Shown: positions 7,796 through 16,231 of the stretch, in pieces
Numbering within the stretch: position 1 is the first letter of the stretch
Layout of the letters: each line of letters begins with the position of its first letter
DNA from: a virus
Lineage: Duplodnaviria > Heunggongvirae > Uroviricota > Caudoviricetes
Virus record (IMG/VR): IMGVR_UViG_3300030444_000240
Reading direction: 5' to 3' (one strand)
DNA length: 30,976 nucleotides
Translations under genes and position numbers: made by a program
Notes under the pieces: generated by a model
What the model was told of the DNA's origin: nothing
What the model saw: the letters and a program-made list of their open reading frames with translations, nothing else
Database searches by the model: none

Positions 7796-9529
7796 TTAGT
7801 TATCTGACAGATATGATGAGATGGTAGCAGAATCGACACCATGTCCACTTGTCATAATAACTTTAAGACTCTTTATTAGTTCATTCTTGAAGCTATCCGA
7901 TTGCACAGGATTTTTCTCGACCCAATATCGATATGGGTTATCTTTAACTCGCCCTTTTACTTGGGCCTGAAATTGAGTCGTATGTGCAAAATCTTTAAAC
8001 AGTTTTCTAACTATCCCGCCATGGTTTTTGTTAACTTTTTTATAATTATCTATAAGGATTTTTAAATCAATCGGAGCGTTACCAATCTTTAGCGTTGCAA
8101 TTATGTCTTTAGCTGTTTTCATAAAAACAGCTTTTGTAAATTTATTTTTATTTTCCCAATATGCATCATCAGGTGGTAAATTATATAAAAACTCAAAAAT
8201 CATTTGGTCTGGAGGTAAGGTGCTTGGAAGCAAACATAAGTTTTTTTCTTTTTTGGCTTTTTTTGCATTAGCACTATTGTCGTGAACAACATCACCGTCT
8301 AAGACGATCAAGCTTTTAGCTGTAAATTCTGGTATTTTTCTTGCCATTAAGTCAAGCATGGCAGAGCAGCTAATATTTATATTCCCTAATGGATTTAATA
8401 TTTTATTTATTTTTCGATCTGTTATCAATTGTTTGAAAAAGTCGAAACCTTCTTTGTCTTCAAAATATACATTTGCCTTTGGAAGACAAATGTCATCATT
8501 AATTTTTACAGTTTCAACATGTAAATCAGCGTGGATATCTGTCCATGAAAGATTATTCTTTGTTTTAATATCTCCATATGTGTCTGTAAGATATATTGTT
8601 TTAAAGCTATCACTATCTTGTTTTGAACGATTATAGATATCCTCTATTATTAATGGAGAGTGCGAGGTCATGATTATTTGCAGATCGTATTGTTTTGCTG
8701 CTTTAGTTAGAATATTAATTAGCTCTAACTGTGCAGCAGGGAAAAGACCTGCATCGGCTTCATCAATTAACAATATTCCGCCATGATAATCAGAATAAGT
8801 TTCCTTCAATCTTTTAAATGAAAAAATTGCTTGGATTAATTGTCCAACATTATCTTCACCAACAGATACTGATTGGTGATCATAATTGTCACCATGGACA
8901 ACCATTGAATCGATAGTACCTTTTGTTGCTGTTACTGAGCTTCCATTGTTTTTTAGTAAGAGTTGGTTACTCATCATTCTAATTTCATCAGAATTTTCAT
9001 TGATGTACTGAACATCCCGTGTTGAGTAATCAGTCCTTAATGTAATAGGAAGAAGTCGTGCTAAGCTTAAAAAAATAACAGGATGAGTAACGTTTCTACT
9101 TTGGTTTTTTTCCGGTATTGAATCATTTCCCCTGACTACAGGCCTTGATTTATCTCTGTCACTGTAGCTGTATAAACCTAATGTTAGTTTTTCAAGATGT
9201 TTGTTCGATGCACCATCATAGACACTAATTTTGACGTCCATTGAACCAGGAACATCAAATTGTTCTGAAAGCCTAAAATGTTCGCTGAAAGCTGACTTGA
9301 AGCTGCCATTTGTTAATGTTTTATATTGTGTTAAATCAGTCTCAGGGTTTTTGGTAAAGTCCTTTGTAAAGCTAAATATTTGGGCGATAATGCCAAGAAT
9401 TGTGGATTTAGATGTGCCATTTTTACCACAAATAACAGTTAGGCGAGAACCAAACTCGATGTTTATATTTTTCAGTCCGCGAAACTTCACAACATTTATA
9501 TTTTTTAGTTTGGTAATTTGATTTGCCAT
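7796..9529 (-). CDS. OLD-family ATP-dependent nuclease-like protein (ABC ATPase plus C-terminal Toprim-like domain)
   Basis: Walker A ICGKNGTSKST, Walker B ILLIDEAD, TSHSP motif, then C-terminal VYFEDKEGFDFF and LIVLDGD (DxD). Start chosen at MANQITKL (9529), which has a GGAG 9-13 nt upstream and a palindromic hairpin beyond it; the ORF track extends to 9580. Confidence 0.7.
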   Translation of the reverse strand: MANQITKLKNINVVKFRGLKNINIEFGSRLTVICGKNGTSKSTILGIIAQIFSFTKDFTKNPETDLTQYKTLTNGSFKSAFSEHFRLSEQFDVPGSMDVKISVYDGASNKHLEKLTLGLYSYSDRDKSRPVVRGNDSIPEKNQSRNVTHPVIFLSLARLLPITLRTDYSTRDVQYINENSDEIRMMSNQLLLKNNGSSVTATKGTIDSMVVHGDNYDHQSVSVGEDNVGQLIQAIFSFKRLKETYSDYHGGILLIDEADAGLFPAAQLELINILTKAAKQYDLQIIMTSHSPLIIEDIYNRSKQDSDSFKTIYLTDTYGDIKTKNNLSWTDIHADLHVETVKINDDICLPKANVYFEDKEGFDFFKQLITDRKINKILNPLGNINISCSAMLDLMARKIPEFTAKSLIVLDGDVVHDNSANAKKAKKEKNLCLLPSTLPPDQMIFEFLYNLPPDDAYWENKNKFTKAVFMKTAKDIIATLKIGNAPIDLKILIDNYKKVNKNHGGIVRKLFKDFAHTTQFQAQVKGRVKDNPYRYWVEKNPVQSDSFKNELIKSLKVIMTSGHGVDSATISSYLSDN

Positions 9530-9551
9530 GTTTCTATCTTGCTCCGTAAAA

Positions 9552-9570
9552 TGGCCACAAATTGTGGCCA
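9552..9570. other. Perfect 9+1+9 palindrome between the int 3' end and the OLD-like start
   Basis: tggccacaa-a-ttgtggcca; on the minus strand it is followed by ATTTTA. Could be the int terminator or a recombination or regulatory site. Confidence 0.4.
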
Positions 9571-9587
9571 ATAGTTTCATGCTTGGA

Positions 9588-10754
9588 TTATATTGTTATC
9601 TTCTTCAAGCTTGTTTGTCCATCATATTCCTTCAGATATGAGCCATAGTGCCTGAAAAGCATCTCAGGCCCTTTATGCCCCATTTGAGCTGCAAGCCAAA
9701 ACAGGTTTGCTCCCCGGCTGATATGTCTGGTGGCGAATGTATGCCTGGTTTGATATGGGTTTCTGTAACGAATACCTGCTTTTCGCAATGTTGGCACCCA
9801 TGCTTTTTTCCTAATTGCATCAGCACTTGCCCAGGGTTTATTGGTCTTTGGATCTTCAAAGACAGTAGCATCCTTCATGAATGTAAATGGCTTCTGGTTT
9901 ATCAACGCCAACATTGCTTCTTCAGTCAGTTCAACTTTACGGGTACCGGCTTTTGTCTTTGTTCCTTTGATAACTCCGACAACACTTGCGCTCTGAACAT
10001 GGGCTGTTTTTCCAACAAAGTCGATATCATGCCATCGTAGGGCACATAATTCAGAACTACGCAGGCCTGTATGTATGGCGAACCGGAACAGATTTTCCCA
10101 TTGTTTGTTTCCGGCTGCTGCTAGTAATGCATCAACTTCTGCTGGTGATAGCGGATCAACCACATAGCTGCTTTCTGCTTCTGACTTATCACTTTGGTAG
10201 CGCGAAGCAGTTACCAACGATACGGGGTTAATTTGAAGTACCCCATCGGTTACGGCTTCATCAAGTGCTGACCGCAGGAAAGATAACTGGTTGCGAATTG
10301 TTTTTAAGGTCGTTTTCTGGCTTTGAATCCACGCTTTCAGGATTGCTGGTGTTAATTCACTTGCAGGGCAAATGTGGAGTGAGGCTAACGCACTACGGCA
10401 TTTTTTATAACCACCAATCGTAGATGGTGAAAGTTTTCTCGTTTCGCAGATTTCAAGGTATTCGTCCAGGTACATTTTTACCGTTTTGCCTGCAGCAGCA
10501 TTACCAAAAATTTTCAAACGAGCAGAACGGGGAAAATATTCCGCATAAATGAATGTTCCCCTTTCGATCTTATTATGAATTTCGCCGAGTGTGCGCTCGG
10601 CGTATTTAATGTTCTTTGGTGTTACTTCCAGATTGGAAAGAGGCTCACGACATTTAACGCCTTTGTAGGTGAAAGTTATATTGATCGTTTCGCCCTGGCG
10701 GTGTTTCCTGATTGTTACGCCGCGCGGTAGTTTGAGCAGTTTTGTCTGGCCCAT
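9588..10754 (-). CDS. int: Tyrosine site-specific integrase
   Basis: 388 aa; C-terminal catalytic region with RHTFATRH (HxxR) and LFWLAAQMGHKGPEMLFRHYGSY (catalytic Tyr); N-terminal arm-binding-like segment. Confidence 0.9.
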   Translation of the reverse strand: MGQTKLLKLPRGVTIRKHRQGETINITFTYKGVKCREPLSNLEVTPKNIKYAERTLGEIHNKIERGTFIYAEYFPRSARLKIFGNAAAGKTVKMYLDEYLEICETRKLSPSTIGGYKKCRSALASLHICPASELTPAILKAWIQSQKTTLKTIRNQLSFLRSALDEAVTDGVLQINPVSLVTASRYQSDKSEAESSYVVDPLSPAEVDALLAAAGNKQWENLFRFAIHTGLRSSELCALRWHDIDFVGKTAHVQSASVVGVIKGTKTKAGTRKVELTEEAMLALINQKPFTFMKDATVFEDPKTNKPWASADAIRKKAWVPTLRKAGIRYRNPYQTRHTFATRHISRGANLFWLAAQMGHKGPEMLFRHYGSYLKEYDGQTSLKKITI

Positions 10755-10933
10755 TTTGCAACCTCACTAAGATCAATCCACCTCTCCTTAACGCCTTCAA
10801 CCTTTAAAACCTGAACACCTTCACGCCAAACACCGCGCTGTACACGTTTGTTTATTGCTTCAGGAGTTTCGCCAGTTTCTTTGCAATAAGTTGAGATAGG
10901 AACACAATCGAGGTTCAGCATATGTTTCTCCAC
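10715..10933 (-). CDS. xis: Excisionase-like small DNA-binding protein
   Basis: 72-aa ORF overlapping the int start on the same strand, as in lambdoid xis-int; basic, W-rich small protein. Confidence 0.55.
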   Translation of the reverse strand: MEKHMLNLDCVPISTYCKETGETPEAINKRVQRGVWREGVQVLKVEGVKERWIDLSEVAKWARQNCSNYRAA

Positions 10934-10980
10934 TTAGCCCGCTGCACATGGGCAGTAATATCAAATTCCAGTCCTGATAA

Positions 10981-11196
10981 TTAATTTTGTTCTCTGGTTG
11001 CTACTTGTTTTATTGGCCTGATGCTGTCCAGGAGCAGACGGCGGCGCATGTTTGGCGCGCCCCAACGGTAACCAGTCTTTTTGTCGTAGGATTCACAACG
11101 TCCGACAACCCAGGAGGTTTCAGTGGAATGTAATTTCATCCGCTTTTCACCGTCTCGGGTGATAACAATTCCTGTATGAGTTTTTATCACGCTCAT
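10981..11196 (-). CDS. Hypothetical phage early protein (71 aa)
   Basis: ORF in the leftward early operon; start overlaps the upstream gene stop. Confidence 0.4.
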   Translation of the reverse strand: MSVIKTHTGIVITRDGEKRMKLHSTETSWVVGRCESYDKKTGYRWGAPNMRRRLLLDSIRPIKQVATREQN

Positions 11197-11555
11197 TTTT
11201 TATTCTCCGGTGCTTTCGGCATTACTGCCCAGTGGGTAATATTGACGTTTTCAAGGTCCCCGACCTGAAATGTCCACTGCCATTCTCCGGTTTCTTTTTG
11301 CCCCCATGTGTACCAGAGAGAACGCCAGCCAATCAGCCAGCCTTCTCCATTAGCATCAAATAACAGAACACTTTCATGTGCTGGCGGCAGTTCAGCTGAC
11401 ACTGGTATTACTTTGTTTTCCAGTGCTGCACATTTAGCTTCAAGCGCATCGAATTTACGTATCAGGTATTCAGCATCCGTTTCATTCACTTTCAGATCTC
11501 GCGGTACACATTTCCCGCGAAGAAACCCTTCCATTTCGAAAACATTCATGCGCAT
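11193..11555 (-). CDS. Hypothetical phage early protein (120 aa)
   Basis: ORF in the leftward early operon, translationally coupled to its neighbours. Confidence 0.45.
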   Translation of the reverse strand: MRMNVFEMEGFLRGKCVPRDLKVNETDAEYLIRKFDALEAKCAALENKVIPVSAELPPAHESVLLFDANGEGWLIGWRSLWYTWGQKETGEWQWTFQVGDLENVNITHWAVMPKAPENKK

Positions 11556-12082
11556 TTGCGTAACTCCGATAACTCGTTGAAGCGCTCAATAAACATCCCG
11601 TAGGCATGGCTCGGTGCCAGTGGAATCACGTTGAACATCTCTGTTGCCGGGATACCTTCCAGTACAGGCCAGAAAGAGCCATCATCAAGCCCGAGATCGC
11701 GGCGTTCGGTTGCCAGCATGATGAGATCGGCATATTTCACAGGCGTGCTCATAACCGTGGGTAACCCGTATTTCTCACGGATTACGGCGTCTATTTTTTC
11801 TTCCATCCGTTTATAGTCGGGAAGAAGGCGTTTCAGTGGCGCGGGGATGTCCTGGCAATACGCTTCTGTCGCATCATGCATTAACGCTTCAAAAGCAAAT
11901 TCCTGCGGTACCAGCTGGCTGCAAAGCACCGCATGTTGGGCGACGCTGTAGAAGTGTGAAAGATGGCCGGCAAAGCGACAGATATTTGAAAGGGAAACCG
12001 CGATATCGTTAATATCGATGTTGTCTTTATTTATCCTGTCATAATAAAAATGCTTCCCGGAAAAAGTTTTAATAAATGACAT
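11546..12082 (-). CDS. HD-domain phosphohydrolase-like protein
   Basis: FAGHLSHFYSVAQH ... HDATEAY resembles H...HD metal-dependent phosphohydrolase motifs. Start set at MSFIKTF (GGAG RBS); the ORF track extends to 12142. Confidence 0.55.
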   Translation of the reverse strand: MSFIKTFSGKHFYYDRINKDNIDINDIAVSLSNICRFAGHLSHFYSVAQHAVLCSQLVPQEFAFEALMHDATEAYCQDIPAPLKRLLPDYKRMEEKIDAVIREKYGLPTVMSTPVKYADLIMLATERRDLGLDDGSFWPVLEGIPATEMFNVIPLAPSHAYGMFIERFNELSELRKCA

Positions 12083-12627
12083 TTTGTTCTCCACGTTATA
12101 TGCGCTGCACCGCGCTGAATTCGGGTAAAAGGAAGCCCTCACCGTCCGGCGATTATTGAGTCAATTACATTTCCATAAATGCCCCCGTAGGGGCGGTTAG
12201 TTTCTCCACAAAACAGAGAAGAACACCTGCGGTGGCAGCCGCCCGGATGGATTGGGTTATGAGCCCGTCGTCCGATGATGCTCTTCTCTGTTTTGTAAAA
12301 AGGACGGTACCAGCCGGAAGCAAGGGTACAAGCTGGTACCGCCAAGACAACACACAGCATAAAGTTGTGGTGCCGGGTGCCTCCCGGTGCCTGGCGAAGG
12401 TTGTACACCAGACGGGTGGGTATCCACAGAAGGTCGACTGTCAGCCTTAACCTTAACCCGCGTGCGCTGAGCCGCATTCACCACAACGCTAAGGATTCTC
12501 TCTGGTTGAAAATACTTAGCTGTTATGTGCCTGCTTTTAGCCACATCAGGCGAGGTGGACCTGGTTATTCCCCAACAACAAGGATTCGGTATAATCTGGA
12601 TATCCCAACAACAGGTAGGAAGGAAAT

Positions 12628-12711
12628 ATGTACGTAGATAGCAATGAAAAATTTCATGTTCCGGTAAATCAGAGACCAGCACCGATCCCTGAGCCGAAAC
12701 CTGAAATGTAA
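12628..12711 (+). CDS. Small ORF (27 aa) preceding the membrane protein gene
   Basis: TATAAT at 12590-12595, AGGAAGG RBS, ATG at 12628; encodes MYVDSNEKFHVPVNQRPAPIPEPKPEM. Speculative. Confidence 0.3.
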   Translation: MYVDSNEKFHVPVNQRPAPIPEPKPEM

Positions 12712-12721
12712 GGGAATAGAG

Positions 12722-13201
12722 ATGACTCGAGACGATCTAGCATTCGATATTCATTATTCTTTCTTTCTTGAGAAAATGAATTACACCCTTTTAAATCGGA
12801 TAGACAAGAGCATAACTCTTGTTCTCATTGTCTTGGGCTTTTCTGTTTTTGCGCCATATAGCAATATGTTTATTTTTGGCGCATCTGTAGCTATTTTGTC
12901 GGTGCTTCAATTGGTATACCAATTTGGGCAGGAAGCTGGCTTATCAAAGGAACAGATGCGACAGTATAAAAGGTTGATTGTTGAGTTTTCCTCCCTTTCT
13001 GATGACGAACTACGCACTCGGTTTTTAAAGGTTCAAGACGCTGATAGTAATCCATGGAGATCTTTACAAGATGCTGCGTTCAAACGGACCTGTATTGCGC
13101 TGGGACGTGTTGATGAGTCAGAAATATCATTCATGCATAGCGTTATCGCATGGTTTGCTGGAGATTTGCCTCGGTCAAAAAGGTGTAATAATGACAAATA
13201 G
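12722..13201 (+). CDS. Membrane protein of unknown function (two predicted TM helices), convergent with cI
   Basis: 159 aa; hydrophobic segments ITLVLIVLGFSVFAPY and IFGASVAILSVLQLVY. Lies in the immunity region on the strand opposite the repressor, with its own putative promoter. Confidence 0.55.
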   Translation: MTRDDLAFDIHYSFFLEKMNYTLLNRIDKSITLVLIVLGFSVFAPYSNMFIFGASVAILSVLQLVYQFGQEAGLSKEQMRQYKRLIVEFSSLSDDELRTRFLKVQDADSNPWRSLQDAAFKRTCIALGRVDESEISFMHSVIAWFAGDLPRSKRCNNDK

Positions 13202-13431
13202 AATTCCCATAATCCCTAACCATGTACCTCCAAAGCCCAGACCACCATCACCAAAGTCACACAGGCTTTATGAGTATGAATTAATAATGGATTCTATATT
13301 GAGATGACCAAATGAATGCATTTATATATACATGGAAAGAGGATCATATACCCTTAAAACCTCGTCCTTCACCGCCAGAACCGAAGCCAAAATCCCGTTA
13401 AGTGTTGGGGATCTCCAGATTGTTAAAGAGC

Positions 13432-13456
13432 GAAGCGTCCTATAGGGCGCTTTTTT
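13432..13456 (+). terminator. Possible intrinsic terminator (imperfect hairpin plus T6)
   Basis: gcgtcc-tata-gggcgc followed by tttttt. Confidence 0.35.
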
Positions 13457-13573
13457 GTTGCTAACGAATCATCCTGGACTTCATATGCCCCAGGCGGCTA
13501 CTTCGTGGGCGTCCTACCTGTTCGTTGTTTCTCTTGGGTACATTATGTATCTCAAAGGTACATTGTCAAGTAT

Positions 13574-13595
13574 AAAAAAACCTGCCGAAGCAGGT
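13574..13595 (-). terminator. Intrinsic terminator directly downstream of the repressor gene
   Basis: acctgc-cgaa-gcaggt hairpin followed on the minus strand by a U7 run; 14 nt from the cI stop. Confidence 0.6.
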
Positions 13596-13608
13596 TCATA
13601 AACATTGA

Positions 13609-14283
13609 TTAGGCTTTGATTTTGTATCTTCTTGGTTTTCCTGAGAAAATCACTGTACCAATTATAGAGCAATTACCGTTGATCTTAATGTAAGGTTCAG
13701 GCCAGTTTGGGTTTAATGCTTTGAGGTAACGCTGTGTTCCATCTTCTATCAACCGCTTGAAGGTGGTTTCGCCTGTATCGTGCATCAATGCAATAACGTC
13801 GTCACCGTGGCAGGCAGGGACTTCAGGATCAACAAAAATCATGTCTCCCGGGCGGTACTCATCAATCATTGAATCACCAATCACCCGCAAGATATAAGTC
13901 ATTTCGCCACAGGGTACAGGGCAGGGGTAAGTTTCTGCTGTGCTCAAATCAACCTCAGAATAGCCAACTTCTTTCCATGCTCCGGCCTGTACCCATGATA
14001 TGACAGGGACTAACGTTATTTGTTTGTTAGTGATTGAAACATCAGGTTTTTTTGTGATGTTCGTGGTCTGGTGTTCTTGATCAAGCCATCCGACAGGCAG
14101 GTCGAAACATTTTTCGATGTGCCGCGCCATGCTGTCACCGATATTTTTAGTAGCACCATCTCCCATAAACCTGCTGGTCTGGGTTGGCTCGCGATCAATC
14201 ATAGTGGCAAAGGAAGAATTCCCGCCAACACCATCTCTCAGTTTTCTGGCGTTAGACCGCCGGATGTCATGGATTGTTTTCAT
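13609..14283 (-). CDS. CI-like prophage repressor with S24 (LexA-like) autopeptidase domain
   Basis: 224 aa; C-terminal ILRVIGDSMIDEYRPGDMIFVD ... FKRL resembles the S24 Ser/Lys dyad region. Divergent from a Cro-like gene, with palindromic operators between them. Confidence 0.85.
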   Translation of the reverse strand: MKTIHDIRRSNARKLRDGVGGNSSFATMIDREPTQTSRFMGDGATKNIGDSMARHIEKCFDLPVGWLDQEHQTTNITKKPDVSITNKQITLVPVISWVQAGAWKEVGYSEVDLSTAETYPCPVPCGEMTYILRVIGDSMIDEYRPGDMIFVDPEVPACHGDDVIALMHDTGETTFKRLIEDGTQRYLKALNPNWPEPYIKINGNCSIIGTVIFSGKPRRYKIKA

Positions 14284-14298
14284 AACGAAATTAAAACC

Positions 14299-14368
14299 CT
14301 TGTACCGTTAAGGTACAAGTATCTTGAAGGTTCATTTCAATCATGTAATATGTACACCGGAGGTACAT
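14299..14368. promoter_or_regulatory. Operator and promoter region between cI-like and cro-like genes
   Basis: Two palindromes sharing TGTAC/GGTACA half-sites: CTTGTACCGTTAAGGTACAAG (14299-14319) and ATGTACACCGGAGGTACAT (14350-14368). Confidence 0.55.
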
Positions 14369-14373
14369 ATTGT

Positions 14374-14574
14374 ATGAAAGCGTATTGGGACTCTTTAACC
14401 AAAGAACAGCAGGGCGAGTTGGCCGGAAAAGTTGGCTCAACACCTGGCTACTTACGGCTGGTTTTCAATGGCTATAAAAAAGCCAGTTTTGTGCTGGCTA
14501 AAAAACTTGAGCAATGCACGTCAGGTGCAATTACGAAATCTGACTTAAGACCGGATATCTATCCGAAAGATTAA
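14374..14574 (+). CDS. Cro-like (YdaS-type) small HTH regulator
   Basis: 66-aa ORF starting immediately after the operators (MKAYWDSLTKEQQGELAGKVGSTPGYLRLV...). The track ORF 14071-14574 overlaps cI and is an over-extension. Confidence 0.6.
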   Translation: MKAYWDSLTKEQQGELAGKVGSTPGYLRLVFNGYKKASFVLAKKLEQCTSGAITKSDLRPDIYPKD

Positions 14575-14605
14575 CAGAACACCTTCAATTTTTAACCACA
14601 GAACG

Positions 14606-15169
14606 ATGAGGCTAACCGTGGGTAAGTATCACTGGAAAGTAGAAAAACAGCCTGAGTGGTACGTGAAAGCTGTCAGAAAAACTATCGCAGCGTTGCCGGG
14701 TGGTTACGCTGAAGCAGCTGACTGGCTGGATGTAACAGAGAACGCATTATTTAACCGCCTTCGTGCCGATGGCGATCAGATTTTCCCGCTGGGATGGGCA
14801 ATGGTTTTACAGCGCGCGGCTGGCACTCACTACATTGCGGATGCTGTCGCACAGTCTGCTGGTGGGGTGTTCGTATCGCTTCCTGAAATTGAGGAAGTAG
14901 AGAACGCCGATATAAACCAGCGCCTGCTGGAAGTCATCGAACAGATCGGGAATTACTCAAAGCAGATTCGTTCGGCAATCGAAGATGGGGTCGTGGAGCC
15001 ACACGAGCAGACAGCAATTAATGATGAGTTGTATCTGTCAATTTCGAAGCTCCAGGAACATGCAGCACTGGTCTACAAAATCTTTTGCGCTCCAGAAAAG
15101 AGTGACGCCCGCGAGTGTGCAGCTCCGGGCGTCGTGGCGTTTTGTGTCTGTGGAGAAACTAACGCATGA
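14606..15169 (+). CDS. Phage early regulatory protein (CII/YdaT-like position)
   Basis: 187-aa ORF following the cro-like gene; family assignment is uncertain. Confidence 0.45.
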   Translation: MRLTVGKYHWKVEKQPEWYVKAVRKTIAALPGGYAEAADWLDVTENALFNRLRADGDQIFPLGWAMVLQRAAGTHYIADAVAQSAGGVFVSLPEIEEVENADINQRLLEVIEQIGNYSKQIRSAIEDGVVEPHEQTAINDELYLSISKLQEHAALVYKIFCAPEKSDARECAAPGVVAFCVCGETNA

Positions 15170-16002
15170 ACAGTTTAACGGCAAATAACCGTTTGTCGCA
15201 ACAGCTGGTGGTCAGTGTCGCTGAACACCTGTTGTTACGGCATGAATGCAGATTACCAAATCTCCTGGCTGTAAGTAACCACAGAGAACTTTACCTGACT
15301 GTGGGGGGCGAGTTGTGCAGGAACTTAACCGCTGGTTTCGTGACGGAAGAGGACTTTATGTTCATGTTATTCGTTGGGAGCCAGAAACACAGCGCGTTAT
15401 CTATCTTCGCAAAGACTACCCGCATGAGTGCTTTAGTCCTTTGTGGAAATTCAGGCGTGATTTTGTTGAGTGTGAAGGACCACCAGCACATTGATTCTGC
15501 CATTCCGGGACGTTACACTGTTCAGGCACCTTATAAAGCGGGTGCCGGGATTGGCGTCCTGGAATTGATCAAGGCGATATATGACGCGCCAGCGTCTTTT
15601 TTATCGTCCGCATTTGCTCACATCAAAGTTATGGTGGGCTGGGCGGGGGCATCGAAAGATGCGCCGGTTTCCTTGATCACCGGTTACGCCAACCCCGTTC
15701 AGTTCACCACCAGCGAAATTGGCGTTTCCGGTGGTGGAAGTATTTCACCGATCAAGGAGGCTGCCATCATGGCTACTGTCCCAGCCCTCACTCGTCTGAA
15801 TGATGAAGACTTACATAAACTCAGTTATGTAACAACTGCACTACGTGCTCTGCGCAAGGTAACTCTTTCGGATCCGCAGGCACATCAGGTTCTGGTAGAA
15901 ACCCTTCTTAACTTGCAAGCTGAACGTATTCGTCTGGCGGATAAGGCTAATTTTCATATTCACCGTCTCCTGAATATCAGCGGAGGGCATCGTCATGCTT
16001 AA
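15166..16002 (+). CDS. Hypothetical early ORF, possibly a composite of several small genes or frameshifted
   Basis: A 278-aa ORF, but a protein-like alternative frame runs through 15309-15480 after a G6 tract (15303-15308), and there is an internal RBS-ATG at about 15769 (AAGGAGG ... ATGGCTACT). Confidence 0.3.
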   Translation: MNSLTANNRLSQQLVVSVAEHLLLRHECRLPNLLAVSNHRELYLTVGGELCRNLTAGFVTEEDFMFMLFVGSQKHSALSIFAKTTRMSALVLCGNSGVILLSVKDHQHIDSAIPGRYTVQAPYKAGAGIGVLELIKAIYDAPASFLSSAFAHIKVMVGWAGASKDAPVSLITGYANPVQFTTSEIGVSGGGSISPIKEAAIMATVPALTRLNDEDLHKLSYVTTALRALRKVTLSDPQAHQVLVETLLNLQAERIRLADKANFHIHRLLNISGGHRHA

Positions 16003-16231
16003 TCCGTTGATCCTCAATATTTGCCGTTTGCTTCAGCGTAAAAAAACATCAATTCCTACAGTTGGGCAGTGGTACACCACGCCTGCAGGGCATGTTCTAC
16101 GTGTTAGCCTGGTTGACCGTGAATGCCAGAAGGTGATTTGTGAACCGCTGGGCCGTAATTACCGCGTCAGTATGCCGCTTATAGCCTTTCGCTCCGGAAA
16201 AAACATGAAGCATCTCGGAGGTGCAGCATGA
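15995..16231 (+). CDS. Hypothetical small protein (78 aa)
   Basis: ORF translationally coupled to its neighbours in the early-right operon. Confidence 0.4.
   Translation: MLNPLILNICRLLQRKKTSIPTVGQWYTTPAGHVLRVSLVDRECQKVICEPLGRNYRVSMPLIAFRSGKNMKHLGGAA

Noticed and set aside
8103-9521. Short plus-strand ORFs inside the OLD-like gene
   Set aside because: Antisense to a long ORF with clear ATPase motifs; AT-rich sequence commonly yields such spurious frames.
9632-10231. ORFs overlapping the integrase gene on both strands
   Set aside because: Nested within the integrase ORF, which has the catalytic R/H/R/Y signature; no independent support.
12150-12620. Retron msr-msd-like locus suggested by the long inverted repeat
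   Set aside because: No reverse transcriptase gene is adjacent, so a retron cannot be supported from this window.
12139-12682. Four overlapping ORFs (62-141 aa) in the GC-rich region upstream of the HD-domain gene
   Set aside because: Mutually overlapping on both strands, with Cys/Arg/Pro-rich implausible compositions and no RBS; the region is better explained as non-coding structured DNA or RNA (reported as a finding).
14071-14373. Long version of the cro-like ORF (14071-14574) and ORF 14117-14311
   Set aside because: The upstream part overlaps the cI gene and the operators; the Cro-like protein starts at the ATG at 14374 just after the operators.
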